From contig BAAIJX010000093.1 of assembly GCA_054600435.1 (NCBI GenBank), positions 1-52,193 on the forward strand: DNA of 52,193 bases, read 5' to 3'. Below the pieces are notes generated by a model, which was not told the DNA's origin, ran no database searches, and was given only the letters and a program-made list of their open reading frames with translations. Made by a program: the position numbers and the translations under genes. Numbering within the stretch: position 1 is the first letter of the stretch; each line of letters begins with the position of its first letter. Positions 43,425-52,193 of this stretch are shown piece after piece. Origin of the DNA: Neophaeotheca triangularis (Eukaryota).

Positions 43425-44382
43425 TGAACGGTGAGTCCCCTACAATCCCCCCAACAACCTCCCTTTGCTCTCTTTCTTTCGTCGGCGTTGCCTGGTTCTC
43501 GTTCTAGCTTCCAAGGGGTAATTGCTCGGGTACTGGTGTCAAATGGGGTGGGCATAGTATAGGCTGGTCCTGTGCTTCAGTTTTGGCGTTATTGGTAAGT
43601 TTCATTTGTCTTTGTGGAAGTCAGGAGCTGGAGTCTAGGTTTAGTTGCATCCCTCTTAGTATATCAAAAGCGTGTTTGACTCAAGAAGCTTTCCCAACCC
43701 GGCGTTGTTTTGATGTCCCTTTTATTTCTTTTGTTAATCAAGAGATATCACGCCATAGAATTTCTGATGATACTTGACGAACGCTTTTCACTGTATCTTC
43801 TTAGACTGCGAGCATCATTGGAGGCTGTTCGACGGCTTGTAACTCAGTCATTTCCGAAATGGAGATCATGTCTCCGAACAGCAACTTACGGGTGTCTTTT
43901 ATCACTTGAGCAAAGGCTTTTTCTTTCTTTTCACCCCTTTCTTTTGGCCCCAGTAGTAGGGAGATGAGAATCGAGAAGTACTCCCGGTCGAAAGGCCGGG
44001 AGCATCCTATGCCGAGTCAATCGATCAGTGCATAACATGCTATAATGGCTATTGCTACTTTCCTCTTTGATCAAGTTCCATGTATGTTGGGACGTTTCAC
44101 TTCCAGGTATGTTGTGTCGTAGACTCAGGTAGTGCCTCAGGCATGTATGCCAAGCCCGAGAACTTGTCAGCTCGGTCCTGTCTCGGCCGACGCTTCTTCG
44201 CTGCACTTGGAGCTTTCAATCTTTCAATAATGCCTTCTTTACCTGTGTCTTTGATTAAAGAAACGACTATAGCGTTGGCTTAAAGTATTCCTGTCATTAG
44301 AATCGAACGGCAACTTTGATTGATACTGACCTCGTCGCCTCTTCGTTGACACTCCAAGGGCAAGCAGCAATCGACTCCGAAA

Positions 44383-45184
44383 ATGGCCGACCCCAAATTT
44401 ATCAATCACGTTTGCCTCATCACTGGCGCCGCTTCAGGCATAGGACGGGCGACGGCACTGAAAATGGCCTCCCACGCCGCCGACCTCTTCCTCACCGACA
44501 TCGACTCGGACCGACTGGAAGAAGTCAAGATCGAATGCCGAAACTTCAGCAAAAACTGCCAGACCGACATCATCGACGTGAGCAACACCGACCACATCCG
44601 CCGCATCCAAGACGCCGTCAGCAAATCCGGTGTCGATTTCGTTTTCAACTGCGCAGGGGTAAACCCAACCGCCATCCCTTTGACGGAAACAACCGACGCC
44701 TACTACGACAAACTGATGAACACTAACCTCCGCGGCACCTACAACGTCACTCGCGCTTGCATGCCACACATGCGGCCCGGCGGGAGTTTTGTAAACGTCT
44801 CGAGCATCATGGGCGTCTCGGCTTCGGCCAATATGGCAATCTACTGCGCTACCAAATGGGGGATCGTGGGTTTCACGAAAGCCATGGCGCTGGAATTGGG
44901 ACCCAAGGGGTTGAGGTGTAATGCTGTGGCGCCGGGGTATATTAATACGCCGACGAATGCTGGAGTCTTGGCCGGCGGGGACGAGGTCAAGTTGCAAGAG
45001 AGTCGGGTTGCAATGGGTAGGATGGGGACGCCGGACGAGGTTGCTGATGTTGTTGCCTTTTTGTTCAGGTGAGTCCGCGAGTTGGCGTGTGTCTTGTGAT
45101 TTGGGGGAGTCCACGCTAATTTGACGCAGTGACGAGGCGAGGTACATGAATGGAAGTATTGTTGAGATCAACGGCGGAAGGTAA
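44383..45184 (+). CDS. Classical short-chain dehydrogenase/reductase (FabG-like)
   Basis: Exons 44383-45068 and 45130-45184. Motifs TGAASGIG, NCAG, NVSS, YCATK, NAVAPG, and MNGSIVEINGG in exon 2. Confidence 0.95.
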
Positions 45185-45561
45185 ACGGCCGACGAGTGGA
45201 TGGCCAGGAACAACAGGATTGCATGACTGGTTCATGCATAGAAACCGAAAGTTTTCTCACCGTTGAAAGCATTGCTGATGGATTCATTCTCGAATTACCG
45301 TCGCCAGGCTCAATGACTATACAAAAACCATCTCACTGACGACTGGCTCCGGGCTCCCCCACGCACCCCGTAGACGACATTTCTTGGATCCCAGGAACGA
45401 ATTCATCGGCCATTGGGTGCGAAACGCAACGGTTAGGGTTGAAACCTTAGCGAAGGATATTTACCCGAGTCATCACCGCTTAGCATGTGTCGCAGTGCTT
45501 TACCGGCCTCAAACCCTTCTACTGCATGGCTACCGGCTGTGCGTCTGCGAGACCGAGCTGC

Positions 45562-45631
45562 TTCAATATGATTAGACTTCGAACTTTCCGGCCTGGTTCA
45601 ATATGATGAGACTTCGAACTCTCCGGCCTGG
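45562..45631. repeat. 35-bp tandem duplication
   Basis: TTCAATATGATTAGACTTCGAACTTTCCGGCCTGG followed directly by TTCAATATGATGAGACTTCGAACTCTCCGGCCTGG (2 mismatches). Confidence 0.85.
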
Positions 45632-45825
45632 ACCAACGTAGCAAAAGCTGCGACTCGGCGAAAGCAAATCGGTCTATCCATGTGTCTATGCTCTATGTTT
45701 TTCTCTGTATATGCGGTCCAGCATGCCACCTCATTGTATCCTACGTTCCCACGAAGCTCTTACACTCTCACATCCTAGCATTCGACCCGAAGCCTCCGCG
45801 GAACCCCGTTTCCCCTCTCATTCAT

Positions 45826-46698
45826 CTATTCTCCCTTGATATTCCCACTCCTCTCCTTCCTCACCCCCCTCTGCTCCTCCCTCACCTCCCACCCATTCAC
45901 CCTCTCATAAACCCACCCCAACCCCGCGGTCGCCGCGGCCATCAAAGCCGCACTCACAGCAAACAACCCAACCCTCCCGGGCGTACCTAAAATCTCAAAC
46001 AGCGGATAAGGATAAAAGCCATTATGCCTAAAACACTCTTCTATCCAAAACCAGTACCCGAAAGCTATGAAACCGCTGAGCCCGAGGGCGGGGAGGAAGG
46101 CGAGCGTGTAGGGCGGGCTGAGGAATAGGAGGTCGAGGATAAGGAACAGCGAGGGCGCGAGGTGGAAGGAGGCGTCGGCTGGGAGGGGGATGGGGTCGAT
46201 GTCGGGGGGAAGGACTAGGTGTGTGTCGATCTGGCACGTTAGCGGGGTTTAGAAGATGGGAGATGGAAGGGGGGAAAGGTCGGACGAACAGCTCGTAGGG
46301 TCCAGTAGAGGAGGCTGATGAGGCATTCGAGCGGGGCGCTGGCTACGCTCAAGGCGTTTTTGACTTGGAAGAGGCGGTGCGATAGGGTCAGGTCGGCGAG
46401 GAGCCCGGCGGTGAAGGTCGCTGCGGCTAGGGAGAGCCCGATGATGGTCAAGTACTGCATGTGCCAGCCATAGCTGTCGTTGCTAGTGGTATCAGGTCAG
46501 TCGAGGGGTTTGCAACGGGAATGCGCAGATGCTTTCGACATACATCGGATTCGGGTTAAGGACGAGAAATGCGAACGAGTAAGCAAAAGACACCAGGCCT
46601 GACATGTGCAGAGCGGCTGATGTGCCACGAGAGGGCGAGTCCAGTCGCTGGAGCGGATGCTTTTGTGCGAGTCTCCTCGCCGCTGCCCCCGCGGCCAT
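45826..46698 (-). CDS. FAR-17a/AIG1 (ADTRP)-like integral membrane protein
   Basis: Exons 46698-46544, 46482-46290, 46230-45826 with GT-AG introns. Motifs HPLQRLDSPS, YGWHMQYLTIIGL (conserved Thr), LISLLYW, DASFHLAP (conserved His), NGFYPYPLF. Confidence 0.9.
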
Positions 46699-47125
46699 GG
46701 TGGCTTATATGCCCGATTAGGAAGGGATGTTGGAAGCTGCACTGTAGGGCGACTTTTTTCTGGATGTTGCTCACGGAATCCCGCAGCTTGCCGGGCGTTA
46801 TCAGCTTATCAACCTATCGCCTTATCGTCGCCAAGACTACCTCAATCGAGCCCTAACCCTAAGGAAGTGTCTTGGCCAAGATCACTCGACTCGCGCCTAT
46901 TGCAAGCCAGCGATTACGGTGCAGTTCGAGATAAGACATGCCTTCCTCTTTCGGAGTACAATCCCCAAAGATGCAATCAGCACTGGTCGGCGGCTTCTTG
47001 TCTCTGATTCTTCCGAGCGCACGCATTCGTCGCCGCATGTCACCGACCAGAGTTCCTCTTCCGGCGACATGAACCCAACGCCCGCGTCGTGCGACCGGCA
47101 CCGAGACCGAGGCTATCGCCGAAAG

Positions 47126-49624
47126 ATGCCCCGACCAAAAAAGGACCCCGAAGCGCCGACGAACAAACGCAGCAGAAACGGCTGTTGGGCTTGCAAGGCG
47201 CGCAGGATCAAATGCGACGAGGACAAGCCCAAATGCGGCAGCTGCTCCAGAACCGGAGAGGCTTGCGACTACAGCCTCAGGCTAAACTGGGATGGCAGGA
47301 GCAAGAGAGGGAGTGACAAGGGGGTACCGGCAGCGGTGAGGGAGAGCCGGGACAGCTGTCGGTTGTGTAAGGAGAAGGGGGTCCAGTGCGATGGCGTGAA
47401 GCCGAATTGCGGAGGTTGCGCTGTGGGCGGGGAGACATGCGCGTACGAGATCTTGTTGGACGAGCAAGCCACAGGCGGCGGAAGGAGCGCAGACAACAGC
47501 AGAGTCGGCGGCGGTGGCGGGATGGATCACGTGTTCTCCGCCCAACACATATCCACCGCGAGCACACCAAGAGCGGACAGCCCTGCCAAACGTGCGGTGC
47601 GGGCCCCGAGCGGCCAGCATCAACCAGCTGCGGTGGCAGGAGCCAAGGCCGGACTATGTCTTGAAAGGACAAAAAGCAATATGGCCGGAATTGCACCCTT
47701 TGCGCTCGACCCGGCACTCCCTCAAACCGCCAGTCGGGCTTCTGCCGAGCCTATTACAGACTCTCGTCCACTGACAATCCCGCCCCAGCCGATGACCCTG
47801 GATTCAGGTTCCGACGGCTTCTCCTGGTCTTCCCAACACGGTGCGAAGAGGAGGAAGCGAAGCTCCGGTGCTTCTGGACGTCCAGCTGTCTTTGACCAGA
47901 GAGCCTTCGCCGTACCACCGCTCCCGCCACACTACGACCTCCAGACTCAAGCTCCTCCCGCTACCTCCGTCCCTACGCCTAACAGCGACAGTAGCCAGAC
48001 CCCATACACTGTCAGTACAGACTTATCTCCTCCTCAGCCGCAGGAAACTCCGCATCGGCCAACAAACCTACGACGGTTGTCGGTCAAGTCGCTGCTTTCG
48101 GAAGAGCCAGAACACCCACGGCACCACCGAAGCGGCAGCAGCGGCAGTCACAGCATCTACGGCTTCGATCATGGTCTCGCCGATGTTGATGTCCCTCGAA
48201 ATTTGGACTATGAGGCCGTCCTTCCGCGTTCTCCCGACCTGAGGCGAAGAGATACTGCGGGCAACCCCGATGTCTCTTCTTCGGAGGACGAACAGGACGC
48301 CTCACAAATGGCCTTCGGACCCGGCGGCTACTATGCTCAACCAGTCCCCATTCGTATACCCAAGTCTCTCGAGCCTTTGCATCCAGAATTGATGGCCAAC
48401 CCAATGAACTTACTCTACTTCCACCACTTCACGAATCACACCGGCCGCATCAACGTACCTCACGATTGCCCTGACAACCCCTTCCGCACCATCCTTCCGC
48501 AGATGGCCATGCGCAATACCCAGCTGCTTCATCTTCTTCTCGCCTTCTCCGCCTCACATCGAGCGCGACTGCTCGGCCACCCCGAGCCCGCCAACCGCAT
48601 AGCCGGGTGGATGGCCGATGTTTTACCAACATTGCGTCAAGCTCTCGACTCTCCATCGCCAATGTCGTCATGTACCGATCCCAGCGATCCAACATCACTT
48701 GGCCCGCTTGCCACCGCCATTATGCTAGCCTCACGTGAAATTATCTCCCCGAACAGATTGACTGTCAGCATTTCCTGGCAAGACCACCTGCAGATTGCAA
48801 GGCGCATGATAATCGCAAAGGGCGGCCTTCACCACCTCGCTCACCGATCACACGGCGCAAGAGACAAAACAATATTCTTCTTGAGTCGCTGGTTCGCCTA
48901 CCTCGACGTCCTCGGCAGCCTCAGCGGCAGCAAGCACCATCGCCCGCTCTCCGACGCCTACTTGGAAGACGGCTCTGGCCTCTGGCTCGTCAACAGAGCC
49001 AATGACGAAATCTTCAAAATTGACTGCTTCTTTGGCTTCAGCGGCCGCTGCATCGCCCTCCTTGCCCAAGTCGCCGAACTCGCCTCAGAATGCGACCGCC
49101 ACCGCATTGACCTCATCACATCCTCTGTCCGTACGAGCTGGGAACCCAGCGACCTGATCCGCAATCGCACCGAACAACTTCGGGCACGACTCGAAGCTAG
49201 TATCACGCAACGCTACCTCGGCTGTTCCCCAAAAAGCCCCTCCGCAACCACCGTCGACGACCTCACTGCCGAAATTTACGCAACAAATACACTCTTCCAC
49301 CTGGCCGGCCTGCTGCACCTCCACCGCCGCTGTCTCAACCTCCCCTCCTCGGCCCCAGCCATCCAAGACCTCGTCGCCCGTACCTTGTCCCTCTTGCAGG
49401 ACATTCGTTCCAACAGCACTGCCGAGACGTGTCTACTCTTCCCAATCTTCACCGCCGGGTGCGAGGCCTTGAATGAGCGGGATCGAGAACTGTTCATGGC
49501 GAGACTGACGGCTGTGGAGGGCTGGGGGATGGAGCAGATTGCGAGAGCGAGGGAACTGATGGGAAGGGTCTGGGAGACGGGGAAGGCTTGGGAGACTCTG
49601 GTGCAGGGGGAGTTTTTCGGGTGA
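47126..49624 (+). CDS. Zn(II)2Cys6 transcription factor with two clusters and a C-terminal fungal-specific TF domain (Fungal_trans_2-like)
   Basis: Likely start MPRPKK at 47126. Clusters CWACKARRIKCDEDKPKCGSCSRTGEAC and CRLCKEKGVQCDGVKPNCGGCAVGGETC. LLYFHHF...NPF...LLLAFSASH, WFAYLDVLGSL and LLFPIFTAGCEA are typical of this domain family. Confidence 0.93.
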   Translation: MPRPKKDPEAPTNKRSRNGCWACKARRIKCDEDKPKCGSCSRTGEACDYSLRLNWDGRSKRGSDKGVPAAVRESRDSCRLCKEKGVQCDGVKPNCGGCAVGGETCAYEILLDEQATGGGRSADNSRVGGGGGMDHVFSAQHISTASTPRADSPAKRAVRAPSGQHQPAAVAGAKAGLCLERTKSNMAGIAPFALDPALPQTASRASAEPITDSRPLTIPPQPMTLDSGSDGFSWSSQHGAKRRKRSSGASGRPAVFDQRAFAVPPLPPHYDLQTQAPPATSVPTPNSDSSQTPYTVSTDLSPPQPQETPHRPTNLRRLSVKSLLSEEPEHPRHHRSGSSGSHSIYGFDHGLADVDVPRNLDYEAVLPRSPDLRRRDTAGNPDVSSSEDEQDASQMAFGPGGYYAQPVPIRIPKSLEPLHPELMANPMNLLYFHHFTNHTGRINVPHDCPDNPFRTILPQMAMRNTQLLHLLLAFSASHRARLLGHPEPANRIAGWMADVLPTLRQALDSPSPMSSCTDPSDPTSLGPLATAIMLASREIISPNRLTVSISWQDHLQIARRMIIAKGGLHHLAHRSHGARDKTIFFLSRWFAYLDVLGSLSGSKHHRPLSDAYLEDGSGLWLVNRANDEIFKIDCFFGFSGRCIALLAQVAELASECDRHRIDLITSSVRTSWEPSDLIRNRTEQLRARLEASITQRYLGCSPKSPSATTVDDLTAEIYATNTLFHLAGLLHLHRRCLNLPSSAPAIQDLVARTLSLLQDIRSNSTAETCLLFPIFTAGCEALNERDRELFMARLTAVEGWGMEQIARARELMGRVWETGKAWETLVQGEFFG

Positions 49625-49847
49625 TGATGGAGCGTGTTCAAAGTGGGAATGTGGATGGGTGAGCTGATTGGTTTGGGGCATTGGTATGTAGCTTTGCGGC
49701 GAAAACCCATCGCCACTCGACCATACCTTCGTTCTGCATCATTACCCTGGACGTTCCAGATCCTCTTGGCTTCTCTTTTCAAGAACGTCGAAGGTCGATT
49801 CACAAAGAGGGTGTCGTCCAAGTTTGTGTTGGTCTTTGCGGTAGAGC

Positions 49848-50790
49848 TACAGTGACCCGGGGAAAGTCTGTGGCACCCCGCGGGGTCTTGGCATATCTGA
49901 AAAGTGACCCATGTTCTTTGAAAGGCCATGACATAGTAAATTCTCGATAGATTAATGAGCTAATCGATTCACTAAATAGCTGAGACATAGACCTTTGTTT
50001 TGAGCTATCTACTATTGCCTACTAATAACCGTGAGCTTTGATTACAGCTCGAATCCGCCTCGGCACAGATTCTAGTACCCCCCTAATCGTTTCCTCTAGA
50101 ATTAGGTTCCACGCTCTCGGTAGGATTTTTTCGAGAGCCTCTCGTTAAGCTCTAACCCCGGAGATTATATCGAAGTTAGGCCGGAGCTCGTAGATCAATT
50201 ATTTAAGCCGTGGCCATAAATGCTCGATCGGGTTCAAATCCTTGGAATACGGGGGCGAATTCAGTAACTGAATCGTTTGATTTTAGAACTAGTTTACTGT
50301 ATAATGTGCCGTGTGAATAGGCGCGTTATCTTGAACAAATTGCTCGCCATCGTAGATAGGTAGGAGCCCTTATTCTAGTATTTCGGTATAGGAAACGGCT
50401 GTATAACCGTTTCTCGCAGCGTTTTAATCCCGATCCATTATAATAAGCTGCGAACACTTCGTTATTTGGCTAATCGCACCCTAAACTATCACGGTAATAC
50501 CCCTACCCTTCTCATAGGTAATGATTTTATCTTTGTCCCATTTAGATCTGTCTTCATAACGGTATCATATAGTGCCTTCTGCGAGAAGTGATACGAATTT
50601 CCACTTTAGCCGAGCAAGAATTCCGGGGGATTACACGTATCGCGATAGTATTGACGATGGGAGGTCACTTATGTGTAAGAGATAGCGGTAGATCATGTAT
50701 TTTGAAGAAGATACTGTTGGACCCTCCGGGTTCTGAAGATAGTCACGATAAATCTATACACGCTAGAAAGTCACATGGGATATCGTTGTT
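49848..50790. mobile_element. Possible Tc1/mariner-like terminus and AT-richer, RIP-like non-coding tract
   Basis: TA followed by CAGTGACCCGGGGAAAGTCTGTGGCACC at 49848-49877 resembles Tc1/impala-type ends (TA-CAGTG...AAAG...CAC). The sequence becomes TpA-rich afterwards. No partner TIR was found in the window. Confidence 0.35.
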
Positions 50791-50791
50791 A

Positions 50792-51637
50792 CTAGTACAC
50801 AACCTTGGAAACACCTGGAGTCGTCCAGCATACTTTCTCTGCAAAGCCCTCGTCCAAGAAGACCTTGGCCAGATCTTCCCGCCCCTCCTTGAAATGCGCC
50901 CATGATTCGAAGTGCATGGGAACCATTACATCAGCACCAATGTCACGCGTGACCCGGACAGCGTCTTTTCCGTCCATGGTGATTTTGATAGGCCCAGTAG
51001 GGAGGTCAAATGTAGCGTTGCCCAGGTTTAGAATGGCAGCAGTTATGTGCCACTTGTGGCCAATCTCCCGCAACTCGTCCATGTAAACGGTATCTCCAGA
51101 AAACCAGATCGCGTTCGGCTTGCCAGAAGCGTGCGTACCGAAGGAATCGGTCTCCAAGATGAAGCCGGTCACTTGTCCAACAGGGAAGTGTTGGCACGGT
51201 GTACCCGTAATCCGGAAGTCTTTGCCGCCGATTTTGGACGAGACGGTCTCCCAAGGGCGGAGACCGACGACGCCAGGGCGTGGCCGAAGCTCCAATGATC
51301 CTTCCACTGTAGTGAAAACTTTCCGGCCGTCGAGTAGCTTGCGACCCTCGGGGTCCAGGTTGTCAGGGTGGTCTTCGTGGCTGAGCAGCACTACATCGAT
51401 CGGCGGTAACTCATTGAGCTGGAGCGCTGGCCCTCGATGGTTGATGAGATGTGGCGGCGGAGGGATGCCGTCCATGCCGAAATTCTTGAGGTCTGTCTTC
51501 TCCCAAACCGGAGTCGAATCGTAGCCGTGTCCTTGGATGGGACCGAAGAATGGGTCCGTCAGAAAATGGACACCATCGATGTTCAGGATGGCGGTCGCAG
51601 TGGTGACGTGGGTTATTGTGAGGCTGGAGTTGGTCAT
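50792..51637 (-). CDS. Metallo-beta-lactamase-fold hydrolase (Lactamase_B_2/UlaG-like)
   Basis: Intronless 281-aa ORF from MTNSSLTITH at 51637. Motifs FLTDP, LPPIDVVLLSHEDHPDNLD, TPCQH, FSGDT, VPMHFESWAHF. Confidence 0.92.
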   Translation of the reverse strand: MTNSSLTITHVTTATAILNIDGVHFLTDPFFGPIQGHGYDSTPVWEKTDLKNFGMDGIPPPPHLINHRGPALQLNELPPIDVVLLSHEDHPDNLDPEGRKLLDGRKVFTTVEGSLELRPRPGVVGLRPWETVSSKIGGKDFRITGTPCQHFPVGQVTGFILETDSFGTHASGKPNAIWFSGDTVYMDELREIGHKWHITAAILNLGNATFDLPTGPIKITMDGKDAVRVTRDIGADVMVPMHFESWAHFKEGREDLAKVFLDEGFAEKVCWTTPGVSKVVY

Positions 51638-52193
51638 GTTTGCGACCCCCGATTGATGTTGTCGACGTCGGTAAACGATGAACGACAGTGACCAAAGGAG
51701 TAAAGGAGGCGGGATAGATAGGAAGCTTGTTACGGCTGAACAAAGGGGAGAAAGTTTTGGGAACTTATATTTGCGATCAGAAGCTCTTACCGGCCTTGGC
51801 AAAATGATTTGGATCAGTAAGGTAGGTAGGTATATATAGCTGGAACAAGGGGACTCATCGGATTCGACACTGGCCCAGTCATTGTACCTGGACACCACAA
51901 GATGAGGCCGTCAGTGTGATTAGGTAAGGTGCGCGTCTCGGAGATCTTAACATAGGCTAGGTAATCAGAGAATGCTCGGTCCCCGACACGGAATCTGCGT
52001 CGGCGACCTCGGGACTCAATCCCGGTGGTTTTCCGTGTCTCGGCGGATACCCATGGAGTGTCGGGGACTCTACTGGGGCGGCACATCTGTTAAACCATAA
52101 CGCAGGTGTCCTAAGCGGAGCTCATGGAGAACAGAAATCTCCAGTAGAGTAAAAGGGCAAAAGCTCCGTTGATTTTGATTTTCAGTGTGAATA

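Noticed and set aside
44383..51637. SDR + AIG1-like + Zn-cluster TF + MBL as a secondary-metabolite cluster
   Set aside because: No backbone enzyme or transporter, and no pathway logic visible within the window.

Overview
Eukaryotic, intron-containing DNA from a filamentous ascomycete (Pezizomycotina; Dothideomycetes is an inference from gene style). About 17 protein-coding genes are supportable: cytochrome c1 (CYT1), SRP40/Nopp140, an alpha-glucoside permease, an SDR, a FAR-17a/AIG1 membrane protein, a double Zn(II)2Cys6 transcription factor, an MBL-fold hydrolase, an LRR protein, a truncated RBR-type ubiquitin ligase, a large Dnt1/Net1-like Myb-repeat protein, an RRM-like protein and several orphans. 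The most striking object is the gene at 21326-23696(-). It appears to fuse an AT-hook, the N-terminal DNA-binding half of a MULE/Hop transposase (FAR1 zinc finger plus helical segment, no DDE domain), a Zn(II)2Cys6 cluster and a C-terminal Copia-type Gag/capsid-like domain in one intact ORF. Other notable items: an 847-bp non-autonomous hAT-type element (20-bp TIR, 8-bp TSD) that cleanly interrupts a reading frame; five degenerate promoter/first-exon-like units upstream of the RRM-like gene; a divergent pair of orphan genes rich in short linear motifs; a degenerate tRNA-like sequence; and a possible Tc1/mariner end beside the MBL gene. All domain calls are by-eye pattern recognition, not database searches.
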